NCBI RefSeq assembly: GCF_963921235.1
Contig: NC_086118.1
Coordinates: forward strand, 18,230,001-18,294,000
Reading direction: 5' to 3'
Source: Mobula hypostoma
Lineage: Eukaryota
DNA length: 64,000 nt
The position numbers and the translations under genes were made by a program. Positions 50,456 through 61,540 of this stretch are shown here, in pieces (position 1 is the stretch's first letter; every line of letters begins with the position of its first letter). The notes beneath the pieces are model-generated. The model did no database searches. It saw nothing but the letters and a program-made list of their open reading frames with translations, and was not told the origin of the DNA.

Positions 50456-51877
50456 TATTCCCAGTCAACACTTTTTGTGCTGTTACAAATGCTTCCCTCC
50501 TGGTGTGAGCATCTTCTGCAGGTGAATACACCCTCTTCTCTGTGCATCATCACTACTCTGTACTGTCATCAAGTTCACCTCTCAGTCAAACTCACATTGA
50601 CTGATGTTCTTCTCCCATCCACCCATCCACCCATCCAACCATGTGATACTGTTTGCTCTTATTCTTATACATGATTAAGGAGCTAGGGTTCTTAAGGTAG
50701 CTGGCACCTGAATTCCTTCACATCAATTACTATGTATGGCATGAAGACCAATAATGAATGAAAATTAAATTTGTAAATTATCTGATGGTATCTTGACTAT
50801 TGCAAGTATGAATAGTCATCAGTTAAATGAGTCAAACAATTGAAAATAAGCCTAAAAAAATTAAAAACCTTGCCAAGTCATTGCATTATACAGATACTTC
50901 CATACATACATACATACATACTCATTTCCACTCTTCATCTTTCTCCAGTCTTGTCTATATCGTGCTCTCTCCACCTCTCTTCCTTCCACCCTTTCTCCCT
51001 CTCTGCTTTCTCTCCTGCAAAGCAATTATATGCAGGGGTTGGTTATCCAGTCTGGTTCCTGGCTCCTCTCCATTTGAAAGGCATCACTCAGAGAAATCCA
51101 TTCTTATTGTATGTTTAGCCATCAGTGTGCACAAGCTACTTATAATGAGCTGGAAGGGCATCAAAGGGAGGAAAAGGTAACTGGGGATGTGCAGGAACTC
51201 AGAATTATAGCGATCCGAAAGTAATCAAATTGAATGAGATAATGGAGCAAGGAGCTCTCTCACACATGTGCAGAAAAGAAATTAGGGATCAGCTGTTGCC
51301 TGTATCAAGAGAACTGAGGAAAGCCCTACTATTCAACTAACTGTACTTGCACTAAAGAGAGAATACTTGTGATCATGGGGACATACGCGACAGTGCTTTT
51401 GGACGAGTAGAGTCATTGTGGTGGAATATTCAGATCCAAACCTCTTCCTCACATTTGACTTCCTCCTCGTCTTTCAAAGTCTTGAGGTAAACACTTGAAG
51501 ATGGTCCAAATACAAACCTCCATCTGAATCTGAGGCAGCAGGAGAGAGTGGAGAGGTATGATTGGCAAATGGCAATTCATCGGAGATGAGTGAACTTTAA
51601 CCAGACTTGGGTTAAAAGGTAGGTCATCTGCCAGGAGTTCCTTGGAGGGTGAGATGATAGTTTGGATAACAGATAAGGAATCAGATGGGGCTGTGTTAGT
51701 GCCAGAATGTATGATGACACTTGCAAGCTGCCCCAGCACACCTTTCAATGTATGGGTTGTTAATGTAAATGACACATTTCACTACATGTTTCGGTGTACA
51801 CATAATAATTAATTTTTCATCATCACCTCTACAGCAGAAGCCAATGGCCTGTCCCTTTAAAACCTTTGCCTCTAGAT

Positions 51878-52481
51878 CAGTGGTCCCCAACCGCCGGGCC
51901 ACGGGCCGCGAAGCATGCAGGGGTGCAGCGGTAGCCGGAGCGCACCCAACACATCTTTAAGAAAAAAGCCGAAATAAACAAGCTAGTTAATTAGGTGCCG
52001 CCTGGCACGTAAATGTCAACCCAGATCAGAGGCAATTGCCGATTTCACTTGCTCTACGCGATGTTCACTCATCTTTCCAGGGCGCTGGAGCCTTTAGGTG
52101 TTCCATTGTTTGGTCAATTTAAACGCCCTCCCAGACCGGTTGAAAAGACAGGGCTGTCAGGATCGAGGTGACATGTTGAACCTACACAAACTTCTAATAA
52201 AGTATAGGCACTGCCGTGCTTTCTTTGTAATGACAGTTACGTGCTGGTCCCAGGACAGATCCTGTGACACTTTTCAGAGAGGGAAACGTCGATCCTTAAT
52301 GCTGAAGAATTTAAAGTTATTGACCCTCTCCACCTCAGTTCCCCTAATGAAGTCTGGCTTCTGGGCAGCACCTAATTAACTAGCTTGTTTATTTCGGCTT
52401 TTTTCTTAAAGATGTGCTGGGTGCACTCCGGCTACCGCTGCTCCCCTGCATACTTCGCGGCCCGGAGGTTGGGGACGACTG
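51878..52481. mobile_element. hAT (Charlie-like) MITE with ~120-bp TIRs
   Basis: Perfect 8-bp TSD ctctagat at 51870-51877 and 52482-52489; termini cagtggtccccaacc / ggttggggacgactg. Confidence 0.92.
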
Positions 52482-52799
52482 CTCTAGATACTTTACTTAT
52501 CTTACATGTAAAGAGAAGGGTTTGCTCCCTGGATATCTTGGAATTAAAACCTCCTGGTCAGATTTCAACACCTGCTCCCCCTTCAGCCTCCTCTTACAAA
52601 GCCACTTGGTCTTCATGTGCTAAAGGTCAAGTTTCATTCCAGACACTGACTGCTGTTAGCTTCTCATACACACTTTACAACACACTACCAATTAGTTACT
52701 CGATATAGATACAATATCCAAACTGATGTACAGTATTTCTCATTCCCTCTTTCCATCAGGACTGTGTAATGCATAATCATAAGCAGAGGGAGGCTGTAC

Positions 52800-53255
52800 T
52801 TAACGTACAAGCTCCTCTCAGGCTTCCAGCCAGGCACACGTGTTGATTTTAACTGATGTTTCGATGACTAACTCCGCCGTCTTCATCAGGGATGATGCCT
52901 AGGCGGGTTTCCACACCATGGCTTTAACAGGGTTCCCTGTGAATGCAGAGCAGCACACATTGGCCAGACAGTGGAAATCTGCATCGAGGAGCACAGGAGG
53001 TGTCTCCATTTGGGTTACCCAGAGAAATCGGCAGCAGCAGAACATGGCACTCGCAATGACCATGTGATTGACTTTGACGGCACAAAACTACTGTGCCACG
53101 CCTATGGCTTTTGAGATTGCCTGGTGAAGGAAGCCACTGAAATAATACTAGAGAATAAGTATTTTAACACCGATGAAAGTCTCACTCTACCTAAGAACTG
53201 GAATATGATTTTAAGCAAGGTGGGACAATGGAAACCTGATTGGTTGAGGAATAAC
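52800..53255. mobile_element. Poseidon-type PLE fragment: inverted terminal repeat (minus) plus GIY-YIG C-terminus (plus)
   Basis: HIGQT...EEHRR...KSAAAEH...LVKEATEI; terminal repeat homologous to 37010-37110. Confidence 0.78.
52851..52893 (-). ncRNA. Hammerhead motif, second family (both core boxes intact)
   Basis: cc-CTGATGA-agacggcggagttagtcatc-GAAA-catc; stems partly decayed. Confidence 0.65.
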
Positions 53256-53259
53256 TGAA

Positions 53260-53735
53260 GAATGTGAGGAAGACTTTGTGACTCTGAAGAAGGCTTTGTG
53301 TTCTCTGCTGGTCCTCATCAGCCCAGACTTCAGCAAACCTTTCCACCATCCAAGTCAATGTCTCAGGAATGGGGATGGAGCTGTTCTGGCCCAAGAGAAA
53401 GAGGGAGAACAGCAGCCTGTATTGTATCTTAGTCAGAAGTTACTACCGTGGGAGACGATGTATCCCACTGTTGAGAAGGATGCTCTTGCCATAAAATGAG
53501 CCTTGGAGAGCCTCTGGTATTACTGGCTAAGCAGAGAATTTGTTCTGGAGACTGACCACAAAGCATTCACCTGGATCCAGTCCATGAAAGACCACGATGT
53601 ACACGTTATGAGATGGTACCTGGCTCTAAAACCATTCCATTTCAATATCTGTCGTAAGGCAGGACAGCACAACGTTGTGATAGACTATCTCTCCCGATTG
53701 CCCTCCTTGTGCAATCCAGAAGAAATGGGGGTGAG
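53260..53735 (+). pseudogene. Gypsy RNase H fragment
   Basis: GAVLAQ...PVLYLSQKL...VEKDALAI...FVLETDHK...RWYLAL...NVVIDYLSR. Confidence 0.8.
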
Positions 53736-54368
53736 GTCACAGATCTTGTTGGCAATGTTAATTGTCCAGCTAACCTTGCCCCTTTGCCCAGTTAGTCACT
53801 CCTCCTCATTCTGTCCTGGGTCTAATCTCCCCAGTAGTTCACACACTTTGCCCTCCCGTTCTGCAGTTCTTGGGAGTTCACCATTTACACATCCCAAGAG
53901 TAAAACAATCACTAGCTTGGCTAATCAAAAAAAAACCCTCAGTTAACATGCTCCACTGGTTTATAACTCATAAAAATGAGGATTTTAGATACAGACATTC
54001 CAAACAGATTCATTTATTTTCATTCACAGCATTACATCGGTTTGTAGACAACAGAATGACCCCAAAAGACCTGAGTGACAGTTTGAGACGTCCTAAAATA
54101 ATGTCACCCCTGGCTATCAGGTGCGGGTAAGTGGCCCGATTAGGGTCAACAGTTGAAAATGAAACCAGATGGTAAGCTGCAACAGCACTTTAGTGGCAGA
54201 TGAAAAAAAAATGCAAAAGTTGCCCCAAAGTTGTTGAAGAAAAGGAAGTATTTACATATAGACGAATGAAAACAAACATATATGTACAAAAATACATAGG
54301 AGGAGGAGAAGATGGCAGCACGATGGCAGTGTGCACGGCCTTTCCGGTGATGAATATCTGTTATCTGT

Positions 54369-55214
54369 CGTGACAAAAGAACCAGTTATCAGAAGATTGA
54401 TGCCGATAAGAGGACAATGGGGGAACATGCAAGGTGCTAATAAGAGAGAGACGAGAGAGATTACCGAAAGGAGACACGGTTCCGAGTATTGCCAGAGACC
54501 GGTGGCTTTGAACCCTGAACTGTTTGAAGTTTGATGGACAGGCGATATCCCAGCAGGGGGATAAAAAGGGACAGGTTCGTTAAGGCAACAGACACACGAC
54601 ACCACGAGGTAACAAGACCCTGGAAGCGGTGTGCCCCCACAAGTTGCTGGGAGTTTTGGAGGTCTGATCGCGGGACCAGACATAGACGCACAGGGTGGAA
54701 AGATACGGTCGGGCGGGAACCCGGTGTGTGTGTCCGCCCTTGCCTGGGCGCTGGGTTCACCGCAGAAGAACGATCGTATCTAGAACGGAGGGGTCACAGT
54801 TGGTGACCTCAGAAGACATTACAAAGGGCTTGCCCGAAAGCTAACTGCGAGGAATATCGAAGGTCTGTGTGGAATCCGTTTTGAATATTCATTCACTTTC
54901 GCTCTCTCTCTTCTCCCCGCCCCAACGGCACAACAGCGATTACTGCGAACTGAACTGAACTAAATTGAACTGAACTTTGCGTCACTTGAAACTGATCATT
55001 TACCCCTAGTCTGTGATAGAGCTTGATTGATCCTATTATCCTAGTTTTGTGTACGTGTGTTTTATCATTGCTAAACTGTTGCATTCATATCCTTTTGATT
55101 AGACTACTGTGTTGCTTATTTCTTTAATAAAACTTTCTTAGTTCCAGTAATCCAGACTCCAAATAAGTGGTCCATTTCTGCTGGTTTGGCAACCCAATTA
55201 TGGGGTACGTAACA
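54369..55214 (+). repeat. LTR type X (5' outer)
   Basis: (c)gtgacaaaag...gtacgtaaca; GATAAAA near 54560; AATAAA near 55126. Confidence 0.92.
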
Positions 55215-55218
55215 TAAG

Positions 55219-55236
55219 TGGGGGTTCGTCCGGGAT
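55219..55236 (+). promoter_or_regulatory. tRNA-Pro primer-binding site
   Basis: tgggggttcgtccgggat, 17/18 match to TGGGGGCTCGTCCGGGAT. Confidence 0.88.
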
Positions 55237-55312
55237 TTCGAACGCTAAATTTGGGACGGGGTAAATTGATTGGGTTAAAATTCCCGAAAGAAGAAAAAAG
55301 AAAACAGCAGAA

Positions 55313-57416
55313 ATGGAGATTGAGGAATTTCTAAAGGCGCCGACCTTGGAGGCATTAGAGGATGCCAGGAAAGCGGAATTGGCAGCTGTGGCCAAACGGT
55401 TGAATCTTGTTAAGGGGAAGTCTACAATGAGGAGAGAGGAGATACACAGAGCTATTGTAGAGCACTATGTATCTAAAGGTGTGTTTCCCCAAGGGGAGCT
55501 GGAGGTGATATCTATTGGAAAACCTAGTGGAGATGCAGTACAGGTGCAGCTTGAAAAACTGAGACTCGAGCACGAGTTCCGGGTAAGACAGCTAGAACAT
55601 GAAGAGAAACAGTTAGAATGGCAAGAGACAGAGAGGCAGTTGGAGCGAGAAGAGAAATAGAGGGAAAGGGAATTCGAGCTGGAGAGGTTAAAGATGAGGG
55701 CAGAGCAGGGGCCCATGCCAAACCAAGGTGGAGGGTTCAGGGCGACCCAGGAGGTTAGGCTGGTTCCCCCATTTGATGATACCGACGTAGATTGGTACTT
55801 TCTCCATTTCGAAAAAGTTGCTTCAAGTCAGGACTGGCTGAGGGATAAGTGGGCTGTTTTGCTTCAGAGTGTACTTAAAGGAAAAACCCAAGAAGCTTAC
55901 TCGGCTTTGTCTGCTGAAGAAGCCCAGAGGTATGAGGTGGTGAAAGAGGCCATCCTCAGGATTTATGAGTTGGTCCCGGAGGCATACCGGCAGAGGTTCC
56001 GGAATGCAAGGAAACAGTGGGACTGCACGTATTTAGAGTTTGCCCGTGAGATGCAGACATATTGTGAGCGTTGTTGCGCCTCGAAGGGGGTAAATGGGGA
56101 TTATGACAGACTGCTACAGCTGATCCTGATTGAGCAGTTTAAAGGTTGTGTCCCTGACGGTATGAGACCCTACCTAGATGAGAAAGAGGCAGACACTTTA
56201 GCCGCAACTGCTAAGTTAGCGGATGAGTACGCGTTGACACATAAAATGAAGTTTGCCCTGAGTAAAGGCTACCAGAAGGGTAGTCAGGACGGCGGGGAGA
56301 GTCCGCCAGAAAAGTCAGTAAGTAAGCCGGGGACTAGTAAGAAGGATAAGGTAGACCGGGAGCAGTCTGGTAGGAAGTCTCCTGGGGTCGTATGTTATAA
56401 TTGTGGGAAAGCCGGACACTTTGCGTCCAGGTGCTTTGCCCCAAAGAAGGAGACGGGAAAAGGAAAGGCGGCGTTTCTGACTGGCTGTATTGAGCTGGTA
56501 AGCAAACCGCTAGGAAAGGAGAGGGCTAACAAAGTTCAAGAAAGGCACGAGAGGTTTATCTCGACCGGATTGGTGTCAGTGAAGGAGGGGTTAAACCCAG
56601 TTCCAGTACGGATCTGGCGAGACACTGGAGCGTGTCAGTCATTGATACTAAAGAGTGTGTTAGAGTTTAGTTCAGAGACCCAGACTGGGGAGGTCAGGGT
56701 CAAAGGCATTGGGCAAGGGACTGAGGCAGCGCCTTTGCACCAGATACACCTACAAAGCGACTTGGTCTCTGGACCGGTCACGATAGGGGTGAGACTCGAA
56801 CTATCGATGAAAGGTGTGGAGATCTTGCTCGGTAATGACCTCGCCGGCGGGGAAGTGTATCCAGCAGTAAAACTGATAGGCCCGCCTGCCAGCATTGAGA
56901 CCCCGCCACGGACTCACAGGTTTATCCCCTTTGGGCAGTGACTCAGCGTATGTCCAGAAAGACTGCCGAAATAGCTCCAGCTGAGACGTTTCTACCAGCC
57001 TTGTACAAGGAGGGAGTAGAAAGTGAAACAGGAGGGAGTGAGGAAATTGAGGTAGATTTATCATTGAAAAGGAGGGAATTTGTGCAGGCGCAGGAGCGAG
57101 ACGAGGAGCTGATGGTTTCGGCGGAGACAGCTCTCTCTGAAGCAGAATTAAAGAGGGAGCCAGTAGGCTATTGTGTGGAGGAGGGAGTGCTAAGGAAGAA
57201 ATGGAGACCAAGTACCGTGCCCGCAGATGAGGAATGGGGGATGGTGCCAAAAATTTATAGGGATGAGATTCTTAACCTGGCCCACAAGATACCCCTCGGT
57301 GGACATTTTGTGGGGAGGAAAGCAGTCGGCGGAATCATGAAAGAGTTTTACTGGCTGCACAGGAGGAAGGATGTTATTGACTATTGTAGACGTGAGTTAA
57401 CACAGTTAGAGGCTAT
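55313..57416 (+). pseudogene. gag (SCAN-like, CCHC) - protease - IN zinc-finger stub of copy B
   Basis: ORFs 55313-55660 (CAG to TAG relative to copy C), 55694-56941, 56938-57441; YELVPEAYRQRFR...LILIEQF, CYNCGKAGHFASRC, RDTGA, LAHKIPLGGHF. Confidence 0.9.
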
Positions 57417-58252
57417 TGTGACAAGAATACACATAGATTAAGATGTAGCTGGCCTGGGCTGGCACCAGTGGAATCAACAGTTGGTCTGCCACCTGTCTTC
57501 AGGAAAGAGAGAGATAAGGAAAACAATGGAGCAGCATTTGGAGATGTGTAATGAAGGGGAAGGAGAGCTGTCAAGAGCGGCTCCCCCTTTGAACCCTGAA
57601 CTGTTTGAAGTGATGGACAGGTGATACCCCAGCAGGGGGATAAAAAGGGACAGGTTCGCTAAGACAGGACACACACGACACCCAAGGTAACGAGACCCTG
57701 GAAGCGGTGCGTCTCTCACAAGTCGGTGGGAAGTACCGGGCCATAAACGCACAGGGTGGAAAGGCACGATCGGCGGGAACCTGGTGTGTGTCCACCCTTG
57801 CCTGGGTGCCAGGTTCACCGCAGAGAAACGGTCGTATCTGGAAACAGAGGGGTCACGGTCGGTGACCTCAGATGACATCACAAAGGACTCGTCCGAAAGC
57901 TGACTGCGAAGGTCTGTGTGGAAACCTTGAATATTCATTCGTTTTGCTCTCTCTCTCCTTTCCCCCACTGTCCATCGCCACGGCAGCGATTACTGTGAAC
58001 TGAACTGAACTTTGCATCACTTTGAAACTGGTCATTTACCCCTAGACAACGATAGAGCTTGATTGATCCTGTTATCTTAATTCTGTGTACGTGTATGTTT
58101 ATCATTGCTGAACTGTTGCATTCATTATCCTTTTGATTAGAGTACTGTGTTGCTTGTTTCTTTATTAAAACTTTCTTAGTTCTAGTAATCCAGACTCCAA
58201 CTGAGTAATCCATTTCTGCTGGTTTGGCAACCCAGTTACGGGGTACGTAACA
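57417..58252 (+). repeat. LTR type Y (middle), closer to the copy A LTRs
   Basis: tgtgacaagaatacacata...gtacgtaaca; no PPT upstream. Confidence 0.92.
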
Positions 58253-58256
58253 TAAG

Positions 58257-58274
58257 TGGGGGCTCGTCCGGGAT
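58257..58274 (+). promoter_or_regulatory. tRNA-Pro primer-binding site (perfect)
   Basis: TGGGGGCTCGTCCGGGAT, 4 nt after the LTR. Confidence 0.92.
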
Positions 58275-58350
58275 TTTGAACGCTAAATTTGGGACGGAGT
58301 AAATTGATTGGGTCAAAATTCCCGAAAGAAAGAAAAGACAAACAGCAGAA

Positions 58351-60598
58351 ATGGAGGCTGAGGAAATTATAAAGGCGCCGACCTTGGAGGCATTAGAGGA
58401 TACCAGGAAATCGGAATTGGTAGCTGTGGCCAAACGGTTGAATCTTGCTAAGGTGAAGTCGACAATGAGGAGAGAGGAGATACACAGAGCTATCGTAGAG
58501 CACTATGTCTCTAAAGGTGTGTTTCCCCAAGGCGAGCTGGAGGTGGTGTCTGTTGAAAAACCTGCCGGAGATGCGGTACAGGTACAGCTTGAAAAACTGA
58601 GAGCACAAGTTCCGGGTACGGCAGTTGGAGCGAGAAGAGAAAGAGAGGGATAGACAGTTGGAGCGAGAAGAGAAGGAGAGAGAGTTAGAAAGGCAAGAGA
58701 GAGAGTTAGAAAGGCGAGAGAAAGAGAAAGAGTTAGAAAGGCAGGAGAGAGAGAGAGAGAGACAGTTGGAGCGAGAGGAGAAACAGAGGGAAAGGGAATT
58801 CAAGCTGGAGAAGTTAAGGATAAGGGCAGAGCAGGGGCCTGTGCCGAACCAAGGTGGAGGGTTCCGGGCGACCCAGGAGGTTAGGCTGGTTCCCCCATTT
58901 GACGATACCGATGTGGATCGGTACTTTCTCCACTTCGAAAAAGAGGCTATAAGTCAGGACTGGCCGAGGGATAAGTGGGTTGTTTTACTTCAGAGTGTAC
59001 TGAAAGGGAAAGCCCAAGAAGCTTACTCAGCTTTGTCCGCGGAAGATGCCCAGAGGTATGAGGTGGTGAAAGAGGCCATCCTCAGGATTTATGAGTTGGT
59101 CCCGGAGGCATACCGGCAGAGGTTCCGGAATGCGAGGAAGCAGTGGGACTGCACGTATTTAGAGTTTGCCTGTGAGATGCAGACATATTGTGAGCGTTGG
59201 TGCGCCTCGAAGGGGGTAGAGGGGGATTATGACAGACTGCTACAGCTGATCCTGATTGAGCAGTTTAAAGGTTGTGTCCCTGAGGGTATGAGACCCTACC
59301 TAGATGAGAAAGAGGCAGCCACGTTAGCCGCAACTGCTAAGTTAGCGGATGAGTACGTGTTGACGCATAAAATGAAGTTTGCCCCGAGTAAAGGCTACCA
59401 GAAGGGTAGTCAGAACGGCGGGGAGAGTCCGCCGGAAAAGTCAGAAAGTAAGCCGGGGACTAGTGAGAAGGATAAGGTAGACCGGGAACAGTCTAGTAGG
59501 AAGTCTCCTGGGGTCGTCTGTTATAATTGTGGGAAAGTCGGACACTTTGCGTCCAGGTGCTTTGCCCCAAAGAAGGAGACGGGAAAAGGAAAAACGGCGA
59601 TTTTGACTGGCTGTATCGAGCTGGTAAAGGAACCGCTAGGGAAGGACAGGTCTGCCAAAGTTCAGGAAGGGCGTGAGAAGTTTATCTCAGCCGGATTGGT
59701 GTCGGTGAAGGAGGGGTTAAAACCAGTTCCAGTGCGGATCTGGAGAGACATGGGAGCGTGTCAGTCACTAATACTGAAGAGTGTATTAGAGTTCAGCTCA
59801 GAGACCCAGACTGGGCAGGTCAAGGTCAAAGGTATTGGAGAAGGGACAGGGACAGTCCCTTTGCACCAGGTACACTTACAAAGCAACCTGGTCTCTGGAC
59901 TAGTCACGATCGGGGTGAGGTCCGAATTACCGATGAAAGGCGTGGAAGTCTTGCTCGGTAATGACGTCGCCGGGGGAATCGTGTTCCCAGTCGTGAGATT
60001 GACAGGTCAGCCTGCCAGCATTGAGGCCCTGCCCATGGACTCACAGGTTCATCACAGGACTGCGGTAGTAAATTTAGCTGAGACGTTTCTGCCAGCCTTG
60101 TACGAGAAGCGGGTGGAAAGTGAAAAGAAGGAGTGTAGTGAGACAAGAGGTAGTGAGGGAGCTGGGACAGACGTGGCATTAGCCAGGAAAGAATTTGTGC
60201 AGACGCAGGAGCGAGATGAGGGGCTGATGGTTTTGGCAGAGACAGCTCTCTCTGACACAGACTTAACAAGGGAACTAGTAGGCTATTGTGTGGAGGAGGA
60301 AGTGCTAAGGAAGAAAGGGAAACCAAGTACTGTACCCGCAGATGAGGAATGGGGGGTGGTGCAAAAGAGTTATGAGAATGAGATTTTTAACCTGGCCCAC
60401 AAGGTACCCCCCGGTAGACATTTTGCGGTACTGGAGGAAACAGTTGGTGGAATCATGAAGGAGATTTACCGGCTGCACCGGAGGAAGGATGTTATTGATT
60501 ATGGCCGAGGCGAACTGAGACGGTCACAGGCTTTTGATATGCTAACAAACCTAGTCGGTGTTAGCCCAGAAATCAATGAAGCTAGGGCACCCCGATAA
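58351..60598 (+). pseudogene. gag-protease-IN stub of copy C (one frameshift near 58600, then a 657-aa open frame)
   Basis: E/R-rich helix, SCAN-like domain, CYNCGKVGHFASRC, protease RDMGA (T to M), LAHKVPPGRHF. Confidence 0.9.
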
Positions 60599-60621
60599 GA
60601 GAAAAAAACCATTTTGAAAAG

Positions 60622-61420
60622 ATGAGTATGGTATCGACCAGATGGGAGAACCCTATTGTGTTGACCGACTTTGCTGATGAGTTCTCTCCCTTAACTCCCG
60701 AACAAAGGGGGCCATTGATAAAGCTAATTAACCGGCATGCAGATGTATGTCCCGATGTCCCGAGGCGATGCAGAGGGACGGTGCATGATGTTGTGGTCAG
60801 CTCAGACCAGCCTAGTGAGCAACACCCCTATAGAATGATTAATTCAGTGACAAACGGGCTAAAGAGCACAGAAGTGTATATTGGCGATGTAGGGGTCCGG
60901 AGTGACACGTGGGAGGAACACATTATGGCGGTAGAGGAGCTGTTTAAATGACTGTCTGAAGCCAGCCTGACAGTGAACCTCGCAAAAAGTGAGTTCGGCC
61001 GCGCGAAGGTTACTTATCTGGGATATGTGGTCGGACAGGGGCAGCTGGCTCCGATGCAGGATAAGGTGCGGGCTATCTCTGAAGTCCCCACCCCGACAGA
61101 CAAGAGAGCCCTGAGAAGGTTCTTGGAGATGGCGAGGGGTGGGGGGTGTTCTATCGGAAGTTTTGCAGAAAAAAAAACAACTTTGCGGATAGTACCCACC
61201 CTCTTACTAAGCCCTTGCCAAAGAATGCTAAGTTGGTATGGGACGACCCTTGTTATCTGTGTCTGGGGTGAAAACCACTGAGAAGTTACACTGATCGCAA
61301 TTCATTAGTGTTTTCGGCCACCATGAAGTTTGCTAAATTGGAGCCTGGTTTTAGAGGATTATTAAAATAACACATATAAAAGGAACAGAAAATGAGATTG
61401 CTGACTGTCTGTCAGGTGTT
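60622..61420 (+). pseudogene. RT/RNase H remnant of copy C
   Basis: QHPYRM joined directly to INSV...VYIGD...WEEH...NLAKSEF...VTYLG; RT motifs A/B missing; ITHIKGTENEIADCLS at the end. Confidence 0.85.
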
Positions 61421-61540
61421 GACAACTTAAAAGTCTCTGTATTAGCCAAATAGCTGATGAACATGTATATTTGTGTGTATCTAATAATGTATTCCTGCCT
61501 ATTATTTTTACCCCGGTAAAAATCCTTCGAAGGGTAGGGA

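Noticed and set aside
55219..55243. tRNA genes at PBS sites or SINE heads
   Set aside because: Only 3'-end complements or A/B boxes; no complete cloverleaf.
55694..56941. Host SCAN zinc-finger gene or domesticated gag
   Set aside because: Sits between LTRs after a PBS, has no C2H2 array, is multi-copy and is disrupted.
60595..60615. AAAAAAC as a -1 frameshift site
   Set aside because: A-run length differs between copies A and C, and the downstream frame is a non-functional remnant.
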